61,974 nucleotides of DNA, filler included, from Sphacelaria rigidula (GCA_964200075.2; 8 parts of 8 records of this genome joined end to end with filler, not necessarily neighbours in it), one strand, 5' to 3'. Numbered from the whole stretch's first letter, positions 25,481 through 38,867 are shown. The notes: generated by a model not told the origin, from the letters alone. A program made the numbers and translations.

Positions 25481-27206
25481 TGTTATGTTTCTTATTAGGA
25501 CCTCTATATGACCCGACCCGCTTACTAAAAAGCCCGGCCTAGTCAACCCAGACCGTCTTCCCGGGCCTGTCACCCTGGGACTGTCATCATCCAATTCCCA
25601 GTCTGGGATCGTCATTCTCCCGTCTCGGGAGGCTCTCCCGTGGGTGTCTCCCCTACTCAGCCACCCTGTGTTCCAATCCAAACCCTGCCTTGCAAAGTCC
25701 GTCCAGTCCAAGTCCACGTCTCGGCTCAGTACACACGTGGACAGATAGCACCCTGTGGGGCGCACTGTGCAGATTCCGTACAGGGTCCTCCACAGTCTTT
25801 GCGCGAAAAAAAACCTTACAGTGAAAACCCAAATCTGTACCTGTCTTGGCATTTTTGTCGGTACCCCGCAAGCCACCCTGTAGAGAGGCGCTCCTATTTT
25901 TTAAAATTCCATTTATTTTATTTTATTCCAAAATGTTCTGGTACAAAATATGTAAATCTATTTATATCAATCGGGTAAAAAGGACATTATCTCGGACAGC
26001 GAAATAAGCGATTCAAAACATATCCTTTTGTCGCCCAATCTGTTTGGGCAAGAAAGGGATTAAAGCCGAACAGCAGAAGAACCTACTCGAAATAGATCCT
26101 TTTTTCGCCCATTTATATTGGGGGGGAAAAGGATCTATTTCGATCAGCTTTTTCTGCTGCATAGACCCGATGCACACTGGAAGATTTGGGATTTGAATGG
26201 CAGAAGAAGCTCGAAATAAGTCTTCACTTCACCCTCCTATTCACCCGGGAATGGGGCAAAAAGAGATTTATTGCAAACAGCGCCATCTGGGCATATCCCG
26301 CATACCGCACCGTTATCACCGTATGGGATCCGACACGCAAAAAAGAATGTCAACAGTAATTGATCCTCTTGCCCCCCAGTTCATGTACCAATTGAGCTAA
26401 AGGATGAATTCTCAACAGCTTTTGCTGAATAGAGATCCCACACACTGCTTACGAGTGTATGTCCACATGCCTGTGCTTCGAGGCGACGCTTCCGCTGCAG
26501 GCGTGGCAAACATACTGGTTTCACGTTATATACCTCGCATATGAATCAACATAGTTCATTAAAACCCCACGGTCCAGTGTCTACCAACAACACAAATCAT
26601 GTTTAGAAAACGTCACTTAATCAATCATGCTTTTGTTTATGGAGGTATTTGCTTGATATGATGAAAAGCACAAATATTTGTTGGGTGTCTTTATAGAACG
26701 GGCTAGTTCAGTAGACACCTCGTCGTTTTCCCTAAGGACGGAAGCGTGGGTTCAATACCTACCGCTGCCATCTCCTGACCGTTTGTTTCTGCCAGTACCA
26801 TACCCATACTGTATGGTGGAGTATATTGTTTGTGCGCTGTAAACACTGTACAGCATATTAACAACAATGGACAGTATCCGGGGTGATAAACCCCTGTGAA
26901 GCGTACTATGCGGCGCGAAAAAACAACAACAGCCTAATCCCCGCGAGTGACATTGCACAGTTTCCCTGAACCCTATAGACGTGCCCCGCAGGGTGCTATC
27001 TGTCCACATGTTGACACTCCGTACCCTTTCACCGAGTGAAAAGCTACGACCTACATACACCCACTGTCCGAGTAGGATAAGTCACACTCACTATCCAACT
27101 GTGTCTTATATTGGCGTCGACGGTAGGACCGACTGTGTCTTACATGTTTCCCTTTTCTTTTACTTCATAATTTCTCTATGTATCTAGTCGGGCAACCCCT
27201 CTTACA
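25481..27206 (+). mobile_element. Solo-LTR-like repeat (TGTTA...TTACA) split by a nested DNA element
   Basis: 25481-25733 plus 27020-27120 are colinear with the uninterrupted minus-strand copy at 36846-37199. Confidence 0.65.
25734..27010. mobile_element. 1.28-kb non-autonomous DNA transposon with ~28-bp TIRs
   Basis: CACGTGGACAGATAGCACCCTGTGGGGC ... GCCCCGCAGGGTGCTATCTGTCCACATG. Confidence 0.8.
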
Positions 27207-27548
27207 AGCTTCCCTTCGCGAGTGCTTTTCGTCTTCATCCACCCTAGGTACATATGTCTGTATGGTTATCACGCCTGAAATCGCGTGCGACCAACTCATG
27301 TGCGCCAACCAATAGTCGATTGTCAAAATTGAGGATGGAACCCTTCATTGAAGACGACAATCCGGAAACTGAAATATTCGTATCTACACCAAAATATCTT
27401 CGGAACATGGTTGCATCGTTGCACCTACTGGGAGCTTATGACAATTACAACACGCCGAACCAACTGCATTACGATGCCCGACATGTTTAGGCCGTACAGG
27501 AAAATACCGTTTGGGGGAAATTAGGTGGTCCTTGGGGCACCAAGTCAA

Positions 27549-27845
27549 ACAACATTCTCGTGAGATTGAGAGTAGATCGCTGGTTGAGAGTGGCTTTGGT
27601 CTTTCGCTTCTACTTGGCTAATGCTTCGTTCCGTGGGTGGTTTTCTCTGTCCCCATCACTGGCGTGTGCTTACACTACAAGTCGACATCCTACTCGCGGA
27701 TATCAAGAGCCTCAGTGGCAGGCTACTACAGATAGAATATTAGGCCTCGTGAAGGGTCATTTCGGTACTGGAACGATTAATTTACTAATTGACCGCTTTT
27801 CACTCTCAATCGTACCCTCTACTGTCAATCTCACGTAAACATTAT
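27549..27845. mobile_element. ~297-bp MITE (TIR consensus ACAATGTTTTCGTGAAATTGAGAGTAGAG)
   Basis: Homologous to 29740-30037 and 30419-30715; partial copy at about 53480-53615. Confidence 0.75.
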
Positions 27846-29739
27846 TATCACCGCACCCTTTTCCAAACGTTGAAATGTTTAGGCTTTGGCTCGTGGGAGG
27901 TACCACCAGCAGCAGACATGTCTCGACAGAAGATGAGAAGGCTTTTGACCGGAGGTTCCAAGTGAGGGGGGTGATTTCGAGGTACTTTTTTCTGGGGCGG
28001 GAGAACCATTTTTGGTGGGAAATTCGCAGAACCTCGGTCTGGGGTGGACCGGTCGAAAGCGGCGGAACCGAAAAAAATAATACTGTTCAGAAAAAACCGA
28101 AACAAACACGGGTCAGACCGCGGTTTTTCTCAACCTTGCTCAAATTGTTTCCCGGAGCAAGGGGGTATAAGTGATTACAAACACTTTATACCGTCGGGGT
28201 TATCAGTGTGCGACTGTCAAAGGCCAGCGCATCATCGCACTGTCATGCCGTTGACGTGAGGGACACACAACCGCAGAGGGTGCCCGCTGTCGTCTTCATG
28301 TTCCGTTTTCAGTCATCCGCAGATTGAGATAGATCGAACCTTCAAGTCCGCTCTAAGAGGTTATGAGGTGTACCAGTTGGATCACAGTGGCGAGGTGGCA
28401 TCATGGTGTCCTCCCAGATTTCGCGAACAGAATGGTATATGCCCAAATATACAGCACGAAGCCTGACGCACAGTCCGGTTTACCCGTGTGGGGAAAACGA
28501 AACGCTCTGACGTCGAGTTCCATCGTACACGTACATGTATCATTTCACATTTTCCACCACTTTTGCCGAGTTCTCTCTGGTGATAAGGTATCTTATCACG
28601 CGCTTTCTTTTGCAGTGCACGACGAAGGCGCAGCGGTACCTTACTTTTCAGGTTTGGGTGCCATTTGATACCTGCGGCGTCTGTTCTGGGCATTGAAAGT
28701 CGCCCACACTGGTTCATTTTCGCGGGGTGTCGATCCCGAATCATAAAAGCCTCATCAAGTTCGTGAAATCCTTCAAGCAGCAGGATGATTGTTGGCGGGG
28801 TATTTCGAAATACCACTTTCCCCCCGTTTTTCCCTTTGCCGGGTTCTCGTTCATTTGGGAGCACGAGCACACCTGTTATGTCGCCAATGTCACAAGAACA
28901 TGAGAGCAATGCAGTTGAAAACGATTGGAAATTGCCTTGGACTTAGTCAGCAGCAAACATCAGACAGTACAATGAGTCGTTGACGAGTTGAACAAGGCAA
29001 ACACGTGGGCGAATGTCCCTACTGTGGGTCACGTGTGTAGGATCAGCAAAGGGGGGTGCCAAACTCCCTGTGATCATGCAATCCGTTACACAGAGTTCCC
29101 TCACTGGATGCACCTGCGAAGTACAGGCGCAGGGACGTCCTTGTGTCAGGGATGACAAGTTTGTCCTTGTGGCAGAGGTCACAGGGAGAATTATACAAGT
29201 ACGCACCTTATGTATCTTTCGATGGCTTAGTACTGTATTTTCAGCACAAGTCAAGCGTTACTTTGCTTGTGGATTTCACAAGCAAAGTACACAACATCTA
29301 AGGAGATAGATACCGCCAACCCGCGGTGCTTTGTACTCTACGACATAGCCCAGGGTTTTACTAGCAAGTTTCCTCATGATTCTCGCATGCTTGCGAGCGC
29401 CACGGCGTGCGCCAAGGGTAGCTCCGCGGAATATTGAGTATTGCGCTGCGGTCCAAAATATCTGGCGTTCGCCAAACGTGAAGGCTCGGCGAAAACATTT
29501 AGCCGCTTCATGTTAGGATAACACCAAGCGCCAGGTGCGAAAACGCCCAAAGTCTTGGTGATCTCCGAAGAAACTGTGTCGATAATAACGGCCATAAGCA
29601 TTGTTCCGTATTGGGTACAGTCTGGATGATGTGTCATTCTACGCGGTACCTATCTTGGTATCGCCTGTGGAGGTACTCACTTCAGGAGGCACGATCGTGC
29701 AAGAGCTGTTGGTGATTTCACGCGCGATGTATACTATGC

Positions 29740-30037
29740 ACAGTGTTTTCGTGAAATTGAGAGTAGAGGATATGATCGAGAGTGAAAAGCGGTTAAGTAG
29801 TGAATGAATCGTTTCACTTTCGAAATGCCCTTCCACGAGGCCCAATATGCTTTCTGTAGTAGCTCGCCACTGAGGCTTTCATTATTCCTGAGTAAGATAT
29901 CGACGTGTAGCTGTGAGCTCACGCGAGTGATGTGGGCAAAGAAAAGCACACACGGAATGAAAACTTGGCTAAGTTAAAGCGATTGATCAAAGCCACCCTC
30001 AATCAGCGCTCTACTCTCAACTTCGAGAAAACGTTGT
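29740..30037. mobile_element. ~297-bp MITE copy
   Basis: Own TIRs ACAGTGTTTTCGTGAAATTGAGAGTAGAG / CTCTACTCTCAACTTCGAGAAAACGTTGT. Confidence 0.8.
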
Positions 30038-30418
30038 TGTACATTGATTATTTCACATTTACCCCCACTTCTGCCGAGTTTTCTTTGGTGGCGGGACATT
30101 TTTTCCCACGTTTTGTTTTGCAGCGCACTCAGGAGGCTCAGCGGTACATTACCATTCAGGTTTTAGCGTCATCCGATACCTGTGGCGCGTGTTCTGGCCA
30201 CCGAAAGTTGCCCAAACTGGTCCTTTTTCGCGGTGTGTCGATCCCGAACCACAAAAACCTCAAGATCTTGGAAAGCTTGACAGGATGTATTTTCGACTTG
30301 TCCACCCGGGAGGCCCGTATCAACCTCCCGGAGGGGAACCTTGCATGGTATGTGGAATATGCTACACGTGACGTCTTGGGGGGTAAAGATCCTGTTTGGA
30401 GATGGAGTCGTACAAGTA

Positions 30419-30715
30419 AAAAGGTTTTCGTGAAATTTAGAGTAGGGTGCGGACTGAGAGTGACTTTGATCATTCGCTTCAACTTGGCCAATTTTTCATT
30501 CCGTGTGTGCTTTTCTTCGTCTCATCACTGTCATGTGCTCACAGCTACACCATGATATCCTACTCAGGGGTATCAAGGGCCTCAGTGGCAAGCTACTATA
30601 GAGAGAATATTGGGCCTGGTGGAGGCGCATTTCGGAACTGAAACATCTTCTTCTCTAATTGACAGCTTTTTACTCTCAATCATACCGTAAACTCTCAATT
30701 TCACGAAAACATTGT
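30419..30715. mobile_element. ~297-bp MITE copy, inverted relative to 29740-30037
   Basis: Reverse-complement colinearity along its whole length. Confidence 0.8.
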
Positions 30716-31126
30716 CAAGTACTGATTGCACCACCAGCCGCGAACAGTTGGGAATAAATACGTTTCACAAATCACAGTGGGGTCCCAGGTAGTCGTGTGG
30801 CCGACAACTATGATACATGCACGCTCTGCTAGCACCTCGTGAAACTACTACTCAAACACATGGTGACACTTTCTACGATAGCCCCCCCCCCCACAAAAGT
30901 GCATGATTTTGGGAGGCAAAATCTTCACGTAAATAGAANNNNNNNNNNNNNNNNNNNNNNNNNNNNNNNNNNNNNNNNNNNNTTAATTAATTAANNNNNN
31001 NNNNNNNNNNNNNNNNNNNNNNNNNNNNNNNNNNNNNNCGCATCCCTACAAAGTCGGGACGGAGCACGCCGGGTTTTCCCCGGACCAGGCTCGCACTCAA
31101 GGAAGGGTGGAGGGAGGGGATATTAA

Positions 31127-32158
31127 CCCCTTTGGGACGGGGCCTCCAGAACGACCAATGAGGCTGGTTAGGAATGACGTATCTGGCGTCTGCACGAAAC
31201 AGAGGCTTCATGTAGCTGAAAATTCGCGTATGTAACGCACGTTTATGAGGAAGACCAAAATTTTCATCCAATCTATTTTCAGGTGCAGGGTGCGCATTAG
31301 GCAATAATGTATACCTGATGTAGCGAGCAGTACGGGTCGCCGTAGAGAGCTTTCAACAGGGTGCGACGACCGGCGGGCCACCCACCACCTGTGGGTTTAT
31401 ATGATATTATTGTCCCCATCACCTTGCCACACAGCGCTTTGTGGTTCGGGTGGGCCGCGATTTCCCTCTTTGTTGCAAGCGGCATATTCTCTTCGAAGGG
31501 TTTGAGCTTTGCGGCGCACATCCATACGAAACAGTACGGTGCAGTACGCCTCTCCGACTGATGCAGCAGCTGCCGCTGAATATTCCGTTGCACGTTCTGG
31601 GCAGTTCTCAGCTACCGAGATCAGCTTCCTGTACACAGCTTGTTCGTCCCCGTCCACTACACACATGTTTACTGCACACTGCAACACATTGGCAGAGGGA
31701 TATGCAGAATTCATGATGATAGCTCCTTTTGTCTTTCCACGGCCCACCTGGGTTTAGTGCCTCGTGAAAATGACCACATTGTGGCATGTACAACACTTCC
31801 CAGTTTCCCCCGTCCACCCTGTGTCAGTGTAAATACTGCGTTTTAGTATAGGCTGGCGAACCCAAAAAACTCGCGGAAAATCCCGGGAACACTATACTGA
31901 ATGCAAGTAATACGAGAAGCCATTCCCCGAGCACCCGGTATATGCATACCTGAACAGGCTTATCTGGGCCAAGGATTGGGCCCCCACACGATCTTCGCAG
32001 TGATATCACACTCGGTAACAGTCCCCGCGCTGGTCGTTCGGGTCTGGTCGATAAATTTCGCCTCGCCGTGATTGGGCCAGTTGCTCCCTGACTTATTTTT
32101 TATTATTTCACTCACACATGATCAACCCCGTGTTGGTGGGGGGGCGGTCCCAAAAGGG
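31127..32158 (-). mobile_element. Complete piggyBac-like non-autonomous element (1032 bp) carrying ORF 31397-31747
   Basis: TTAA|CCCCTTTGGGAC ... GTCCCAAAAGGG|TTGA termini; other copies at 6924-7660 and 50330-50715. Confidence 0.75.
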
Positions 32159-32413
32159 TTGAGCCGCACACACACATTCACACACTGGTCTACGCTCGTC
32201 TCACCGGTCTCTCGTATCATTTCTTCCTCTTCCCCGTAGGCGCGCGCGTCGGTTGTCATGGCGCGTTTTGCCCTCGGTATCCCCGTCATCACTCTACCAG
32301 CAGGCGGCCGTCGTGCTGAGATTATTGTCAGTGGCATTGAAAGAGCGCGCGTGGTCGGCATGAGGATCATAGGCTTGGGACAGGGCGTTGAACTAAATCA
32401 TGACGGGGTAGGG

Positions 32414-33034
32414 AGGTGGGGGGTGGGGTGGGGAGGGTGGATACTCATTCGTTGCTTGCCTTAGTCGTTGGACCATTGACCACGCATCCCTTTCGAGACG
32501 GAGCACCGTTCCTTCTGCAAATAGAGGCACCTCCTACATTTGGGCGCTCATTACGTTTCTTCCATACACCGCGCAAAAACCATCTACACAATCTTATCCC
32601 CTTCCTGCTTCACCTTCTGTGGCCACCATTTACCTTCTAGTACGGCAGGAGGGTGGGGGGTGCGGGGCGTGCTCAGTTGTTGCTTGCCTCAGCCAACAGA
32701 TCATTGAGCACGCACCCCCTTCGAGAGACGGGCGGGGGGCGGGTGGGGGCGTACTCATGGTTCTACATGCCGGATCATAAGGTCATTGACCTCGCATCCT
32801 TGCAAGACTGGGACGGAGCACGCAGGGTTCTCGCCGGACCAGGCTCGCAATCACCAAGCGGGAAGCGCCGTGATATGTTCGGCTAGCCGCATGAAGGTGA
32901 GCTACATCCTACGAAGATCGTTCAGCCCGAAGCGCACAAAATATATTGCATATGAATGATAATTCGGAATGAGTTGCTCCATTTTCTGGTATCGCCACTT
33001 CCACAAGAAGCCATTGGTCACACTGCCTCATGGG
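32414..33034. repeat. Cluster of poly(G)-anchored repeats (two short units, one long unit, tail fragment)
   Basis: Each unit starts after a G-rich tract with (G/A)TACTCAT or GTGCTCAG and contains CATTGA(C/G)C(A/T)CGCA. Confidence 0.8.
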
Positions 33035-33249
33035 TGTCTCACCATGTAAACACCACGTGTTACGGCCATCTCTTTTTGCGCGGAGTCGAGTTTCTCCACC
33101 CTGCATAATATGATATATGAGTACTTTGAACACTATGACGGCTACCGCAACAAAACGCAAGCGAGAAATCAAACAGTGACCTGTTTGCCTAGCTAACGCA
33201 GTGAGTGGCGTGTTGTACAGCGTCGTTGCCAACCTACGCCAACTACCCT

Positions 33250-33330
33250 ATGGGGGTGGGGTCCACATCAGCTGCCACTCTCGCTTGTCCATGAACTCCT
33301 CAATTTCGTCAAGGAATGTGTGTCATACAG
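33250..33330 (-). pseudogene. Short IS630/Tc1/mariner (DDE_3) transposase fragment
   Basis: HTFLDEIEEFMDKREWQLMWTPP resembles the segment preceding the PPYSPxLNPIE motif. Confidence 0.35.
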
Positions 33331-34218
33331 TGCAATAGTTCTTCTACATGGTGGAACAATCGACGGTCAGCTTCGAAAACCTTCGTTTTTGAACCAGACA
33401 GGACGGACGGGACGGCGCTTACCGTCAGCCTTCGTGATGGAAATCTTCAACGGGGGAAAGCGATGCGTTCGTTGCTATCGACATGCCCACTCCGTGTTCG
33501 AAGTTGAACTTGTGTGCGCTCTTGTACGGTACCTAGTAGACAGACAGCACGAAGCTGCTGTACCGTACCGTTAGGGCACAATGCTGTACACTGCAGTGTA
33601 CTGCTAGAAAATTCCACGGATCCCAAACCGACAAGGGACACCATCCGTTTCTTGATTTTTTTCACTTCTCTTCTCTCCAAATCCGAACCGATAATTTTGA
33701 ATGAGCCAATCCCAGTTGGGCAGGAAGGGTAAAAGCATCAAGTGTAAGGAAAGCCCAGGACGGCCATAGGCATGCATTTTTGACGTTCGAGACAGTTCGT
33801 TGATAGAATGTACAGTATGAAAAAAAAAATGACATACTATAAGGGGTATTACTAACGAGTCTACTTCATTTCCTGAAATCTACGAATTTTCAGAAAAAAA
33901 AAACTCTGAAAAACGTAAGCGTACATGGCTCAACCAGGTCAGGACACAGATCAACTCGAGACTGACCACAGATGTCTCCGAAAATCTGGCGTGGGATTCT
34001 TTTCAGCACCTTGTTTAGGGAATAATCGGAAAATATATACTTATACGTATTATTTTCAGGGGAAAATGAAATAAAAATCCTGGAACAATGCCCCGTTAAT
34101 AAGACCCCTCTAAGTATAAAGTCAGCATTGAACCCAGGGTGGCTATAGAAACAGAATTCGAAATATATATATTTTTCCAGCCGCTACCCGAACGTTGGCA
34201 CTGACATTCCTCCATCGC

Positions 34219-34532
34219 TAGAGCTCAGAAATGGTACCAGTTAGAGCTAGTCATTATCATCATAATGGTAATGATGGTAATGGTTATATGATAAATTGCA
34301 TAATGGTTTCAAACCATTATTTATCGTTACTCGCTTTATGAGCTCAATTTTGACTTATTTTTCAGCTTTAGTGTAGCCAAATCGCGTAAAAACGTGCCTC
34401 CGGCACGAGCGCCTCCAGTGGGGGCCCCTCTGCCGAGGAAGGCTTTTTGGCTCGCGGCTCCAGCGCTGGATGACCAAACCATTGTGTACCATTCAACCGG
34501 TCAATGGTTAGACAAACTATTTCCGAGCTCTA
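34219..34532. mobile_element. hAT-type MITE (314 bp) with perfect 8-bp TSD
   Basis: TCCATCGC|TAGAGCTCAGAAATGGT ... ACTATTTCCGAGCTCTA|TCCATCGC. Confidence 0.92.
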
Positions 34533-36599
34533 TCCATCGCCCATATCGCAGAGCGCGCGCTCCAGTCGCTGGGGGTGATTTATGCTGTCGTACAGTATAG
34601 ACAGACGCATGTTCGGCCCTGATACCGTAGTGGTTACATGTTGCGCTGTATACCCATTTAATGCTCTCGAAAAAAAGTGCGACCTACACAGTCGATACTT
34701 GCGCGTGGCCGTATGAGTTTCAGATATCGAAAGCAGGTATGACGTGCACCAATATATACGCTACTGTTAAGAACCAATGTTCACATACAACATCACGACA
34801 TGGGCAGCACAGAAGCAGGCGAGCACCGCCATCAACTTGAACTGGGTGAGCCGACTTCCCGGTAAAATTTGGATTGAAAATACTTGACGGGTTAAACTGG
34901 AAAATTTTGACTCTTCTGCACGTAGTGTCAGACGTCGCAACAGCCGAACTGTGTCATCTGTAATGTGTGTTTGCAAACTATACCTCGTCGCAAATAACCT
35001 TGAGAATATTACCTAAAACAATGTAGCATTTCAGACAGACACCGATTTGGGGACATCAGTTCCTTGTGTCGCATGCTCCTTGTCGGAGCTTCGTGAGCTC
35101 ATCCAGGTCTAAACTTGTGGGATAGAGTTATCATCCACAACATAGATCGCGCTCCCTACGCGGTAGAGTAATCCCTTGTGTTTTTCACGCGGCGATCTCG
35201 TCGTAGTACGTGGGGGGAAGACCATACATCCGTAGCCGGCTGGCTGCCCAGTGTGTGCCTTCTGGAGATGATGGGGTTTTCGGGAGTTTTTGAACCTTCG
35301 GCACTGAGACGGGGATGCGTACAACATGTGCCATCCCGTTTATTTCGGATTATTGAATGCTGTTGAAGTGCTCCATATATTTCCCTCGGAAGTCGTAGGG
35401 CCACACTCGACCCAAGGGGTCAACAGCCATTCTTTCATCATGATATACTCGTAAGAACGACGAGAAATCATCGACGTTTGTTGCGATATGTTCGTTCACT
35501 GACCCTTGAACGAGGGCATCACGCGTCAGCTTTGTGATTGCCTAAAAACCGCACGCGGCTGGCGACGGAAAACGTGCAGATAACACACATTTAAAGGACG
35601 TTGCGGAGTCGTGCGCAATCACAGCAAACTGGATAAAAAAGCCATACATACGATGTGCTCCAAGATAACCGGGATTTGCCTGCCCCGGAGGTTCGACGAG
35701 TTCGTCCCCCGAGCTCCATTCATCTTGAAAAACGGTTCTACAGACAGTAGCCGCACGTGAAATTTTCATCTTGGGTCATGTCCACCTGGAGAAACATACG
35801 GGGTTTGGCTTTGGCCATTAGAACAGTATCCGTCCCGCTGATGTGGGGTCATCGGGGTTTTGTTACTGCTCTGTATCGTTGTACTCTTGCACAGTGCTCG
35901 ACAGCCAACGAATGGGATGTACGTGACGCCATACACAACATGCACCAAAAGCACGCGAGTGCTAAACAGCATGCGAAGGAGCGCACGACTAATTCAGGCC
36001 TGTGCTTACTGTGTGTGCGGCCTCGGTGTGAGAACTTAAGAAGAGCAACGACGTACATGTACATGTTTCCAGTATGAGTGGACGCACACTAGAGCCTGGT
36101 ATAGGTATACCCCCAGCCTATACGCACCCCCTAGCCTATATACACCCCTAGTCTATATATACCTTAATCATGCTTTTTCTGAGGGTATATGATATGTGGT
36201 ATATTATATATATACCCACGTCGGGTAATATACAGGTCTGTATCAGGTTGTATACTGTATATGCCTATTTCAGGTGATCTTGAACAGTTTGTTGCCCTTA
36301 CCAGCGGATCAACAGCGGAATATATGACCATGTTACGTGATGCATGTAAGATACCGACTTACACCGGTGCAATGCTCTATCAAACAAATTGAAATTAAAT
36401 TAAATGACATTACATATGAGGAGTAAGAAGATCATTTTTTGAACAAGGGGAAGACAGCATATAATATAATATTATAATTAAATACTTAATTGATGATATA
36501 TAATGCTGTCAACCCCCTCCATCACTACGTCACCTTCGTCGCCCCGTGCCCCTTCGTCTACTCCCTCCGCCTCTTCTTCAGATTCCCACGGTGGAGCGC

Positions 36600-36845
36600 T
36601 CGAGGCCATGTGGCGTACTGTGCAGCTTGAATTCGACCGTGTCAACGCGGGACAACGTCCAGAGGTACCCCCATATGTACGTCAACTTGCGTCAGATTTA
36701 GCCAGAATGTCCGCGTTTCGCGTGAGGATATTCTGGCTAAATCTGACGCAAGTTGACGTACATGTGGGGGCACCTCTGAATGTTTAACGTTGTCCCGAGT
36801 TGACGCGGTCGAATTCAAGCTGCACAGTTCGCCACATAGCCTCGA
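36600..36845. repeat. Foldback hairpin, arms about 115 bp
   Basis: 36675-36708 is the perfect reverse complement of 36730-36763; near-perfect pairing out to TCGAGGC...GCCTCGA. Confidence 0.9.
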
Positions 36846-37199
36846 CCAATAGAAAACATAGGCCTGCGGACAGCGGGTGTGACTTATCATCTAACCCGGA
36901 CGTGGGTGGGTGTACAGTAGTTGTGCAGTAGCTCCTCACTCGGTGAAAGGGTACTGAGCGCGTAGAGACGCGACGTGGACTTGGACAGGACGGGCTTGCA
37001 AGGCTAGGCTCAGGGTTGGAATCCAGAAAAACTCGAGTGGGGGGCAGCCGGACTGGCTGTCTCCCGGACGAGGAGTATGACGAGCCTAGACAGTGTATTG
37101 GAGGATGACAGTCCCAGGGTGACAGTTCCGGGAACACGATTCGGGTTGACTAGCCCGGAGTTATTAGTAAGCGGGTCGGGTCATATAGAGGTCATAACA
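36846..37199 (-). repeat. Partial LTR-like repeat (TGTTATGACC...), truncated at the foldback
   Basis: Homologous to 25481-25733 plus 27020-27120. Confidence 0.65.
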
Positions 37200-38867
37200 A
37201 CATGACCCCCCAGCTACAGAGGTGTTAGCGCGCGACTCCGCTAAAGCTAGAGACTGGGATTTGAACCTCCAGAGACCAGACCTGATCATTGGTTTTTGGA
37301 AAAAGGGACCACGATAACATCGACAAAAATACATGAAAACATTTTATATAGATGTAATGAATTAATGTCCGTTGGAACTTGGGTGGGAGCGGTTGAGGTT
37401 GGATTTTTTTTTTCGGTCGGAGTATTATTTTTTGGGAGAGAGGAACACAATATATTATAAGTAATCAATTAATAACTAATCAATTCAATTAATCTATGAA
37501 TGAATGAATAACCGTTTGTTTGAGGATGGAATAGGAATGTTTGTTGGGATGGAAACTGATTTTAAGTCTTTGGACAAGGGGAAAACAACATATCATTCAG
37601 TGCGCGATATCTTGAACGCCTGCCTACTGCCTAAACAAAGGGACCACGAGGTCTGTCAGACTCTTTTCACAGGTGAAGTTTTGACGCGATGAGCGATGCC
37701 CAGGTACATTAATCCCCGGCAGTGTTATTGCAGAATAGTTAGCGCAATAACGGTAGAGAATATCGGATCAGGATCGGCACGTGCTTCTTGTAACGAGTGG
37801 GAGGCGGCAGGTAGCTAGCGGGTGGCGTGAAATTTATTTTCTCGGCGTTTCGGAGTAGTGCATCTCCGTGCCAGGTGAATCGAGTTTTCAGTGTTTTTGT
37901 CCCTTGCACCTGAACTTTCGACGTTTTGATTTGCTACAGTTTTTTTTGCTTTGGTTTGCTTGTTCGGTCGGGGTTCGTCCGGTTACAATCGGCCGAAGAA
38001 GCGTTGCATTATGATATCAGCCTGATGATATGATATGCCCTGAACGCCGGAGGGATCACGTTTGGGGCGCCAGCGATAATAAAGAAGGAACATGAACATT
38101 CTTATAATTCACGTCATTGTCGTTATTGATCGCGATGCTACTGCTGTCTGCACGTCTGCGCTTCACTACATATGTAAATAATATAACCCCAGAGCAGGTG
38201 CGTTTGGTGGAGTCACCAATATGATTGCCAGTGTGGCACAGATCCCAACCAGTGGCAGGTACTGATATGGCACGGCGATAGGTACAAAGAGGCGAGAGTA
38301 TCACTCGGAAACGCGACATATCTTATATATGCGGGGATATATGACTATAAATGAAATGCATCACATTATTATGTTCCAAATAGGTGAAATATTAAGTTAG
38401 TTCATCATCATACAGGTCACATGCCCGGTGATACATGTCACATAGGCCAGAAATAACGTGATATGCAGTACCCCCTCTGGCTGGGGATATAAGGCCGATA
38501 AGCACAAAAAGCGGTCTATCTTGGGCTCATCATACTCTTTTCCAGAACCGACACGGAGCGGCCAGAACCGGTGTTTTAATTTTTTTTTGACAAAACACGT
38601 TGCCCTAACCCGACAGAAGTCTGGTTAGATACCCAGGAGGCAGTGTAGAAGCCATGGCTGTCTCAGGAAGTGGCGATACCAGAAAATAAAGCAACTCNNN
38701 NNNNNNNNNNNNNNNNNNNNNNNNNNNNNNNNNNNNNNNNNTTAATTAATTAANNNNNNNNNNNNNNNNNNNNNNNNNNNNNNNNNNNNNNNNNNNNCCC
38801 TTTTGGGCAATCAGGCCGAAGAAATCGTGAATTTGGTGATTTTGAGTCGTGATGATTTGTTCTAACC

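Noticed and set aside
29013..29309. GCTCEVQAQGRPC resembling a SWIM finger (MULE transposase)
   Set aside because: The final His is absent and there are no supporting transposase motifs
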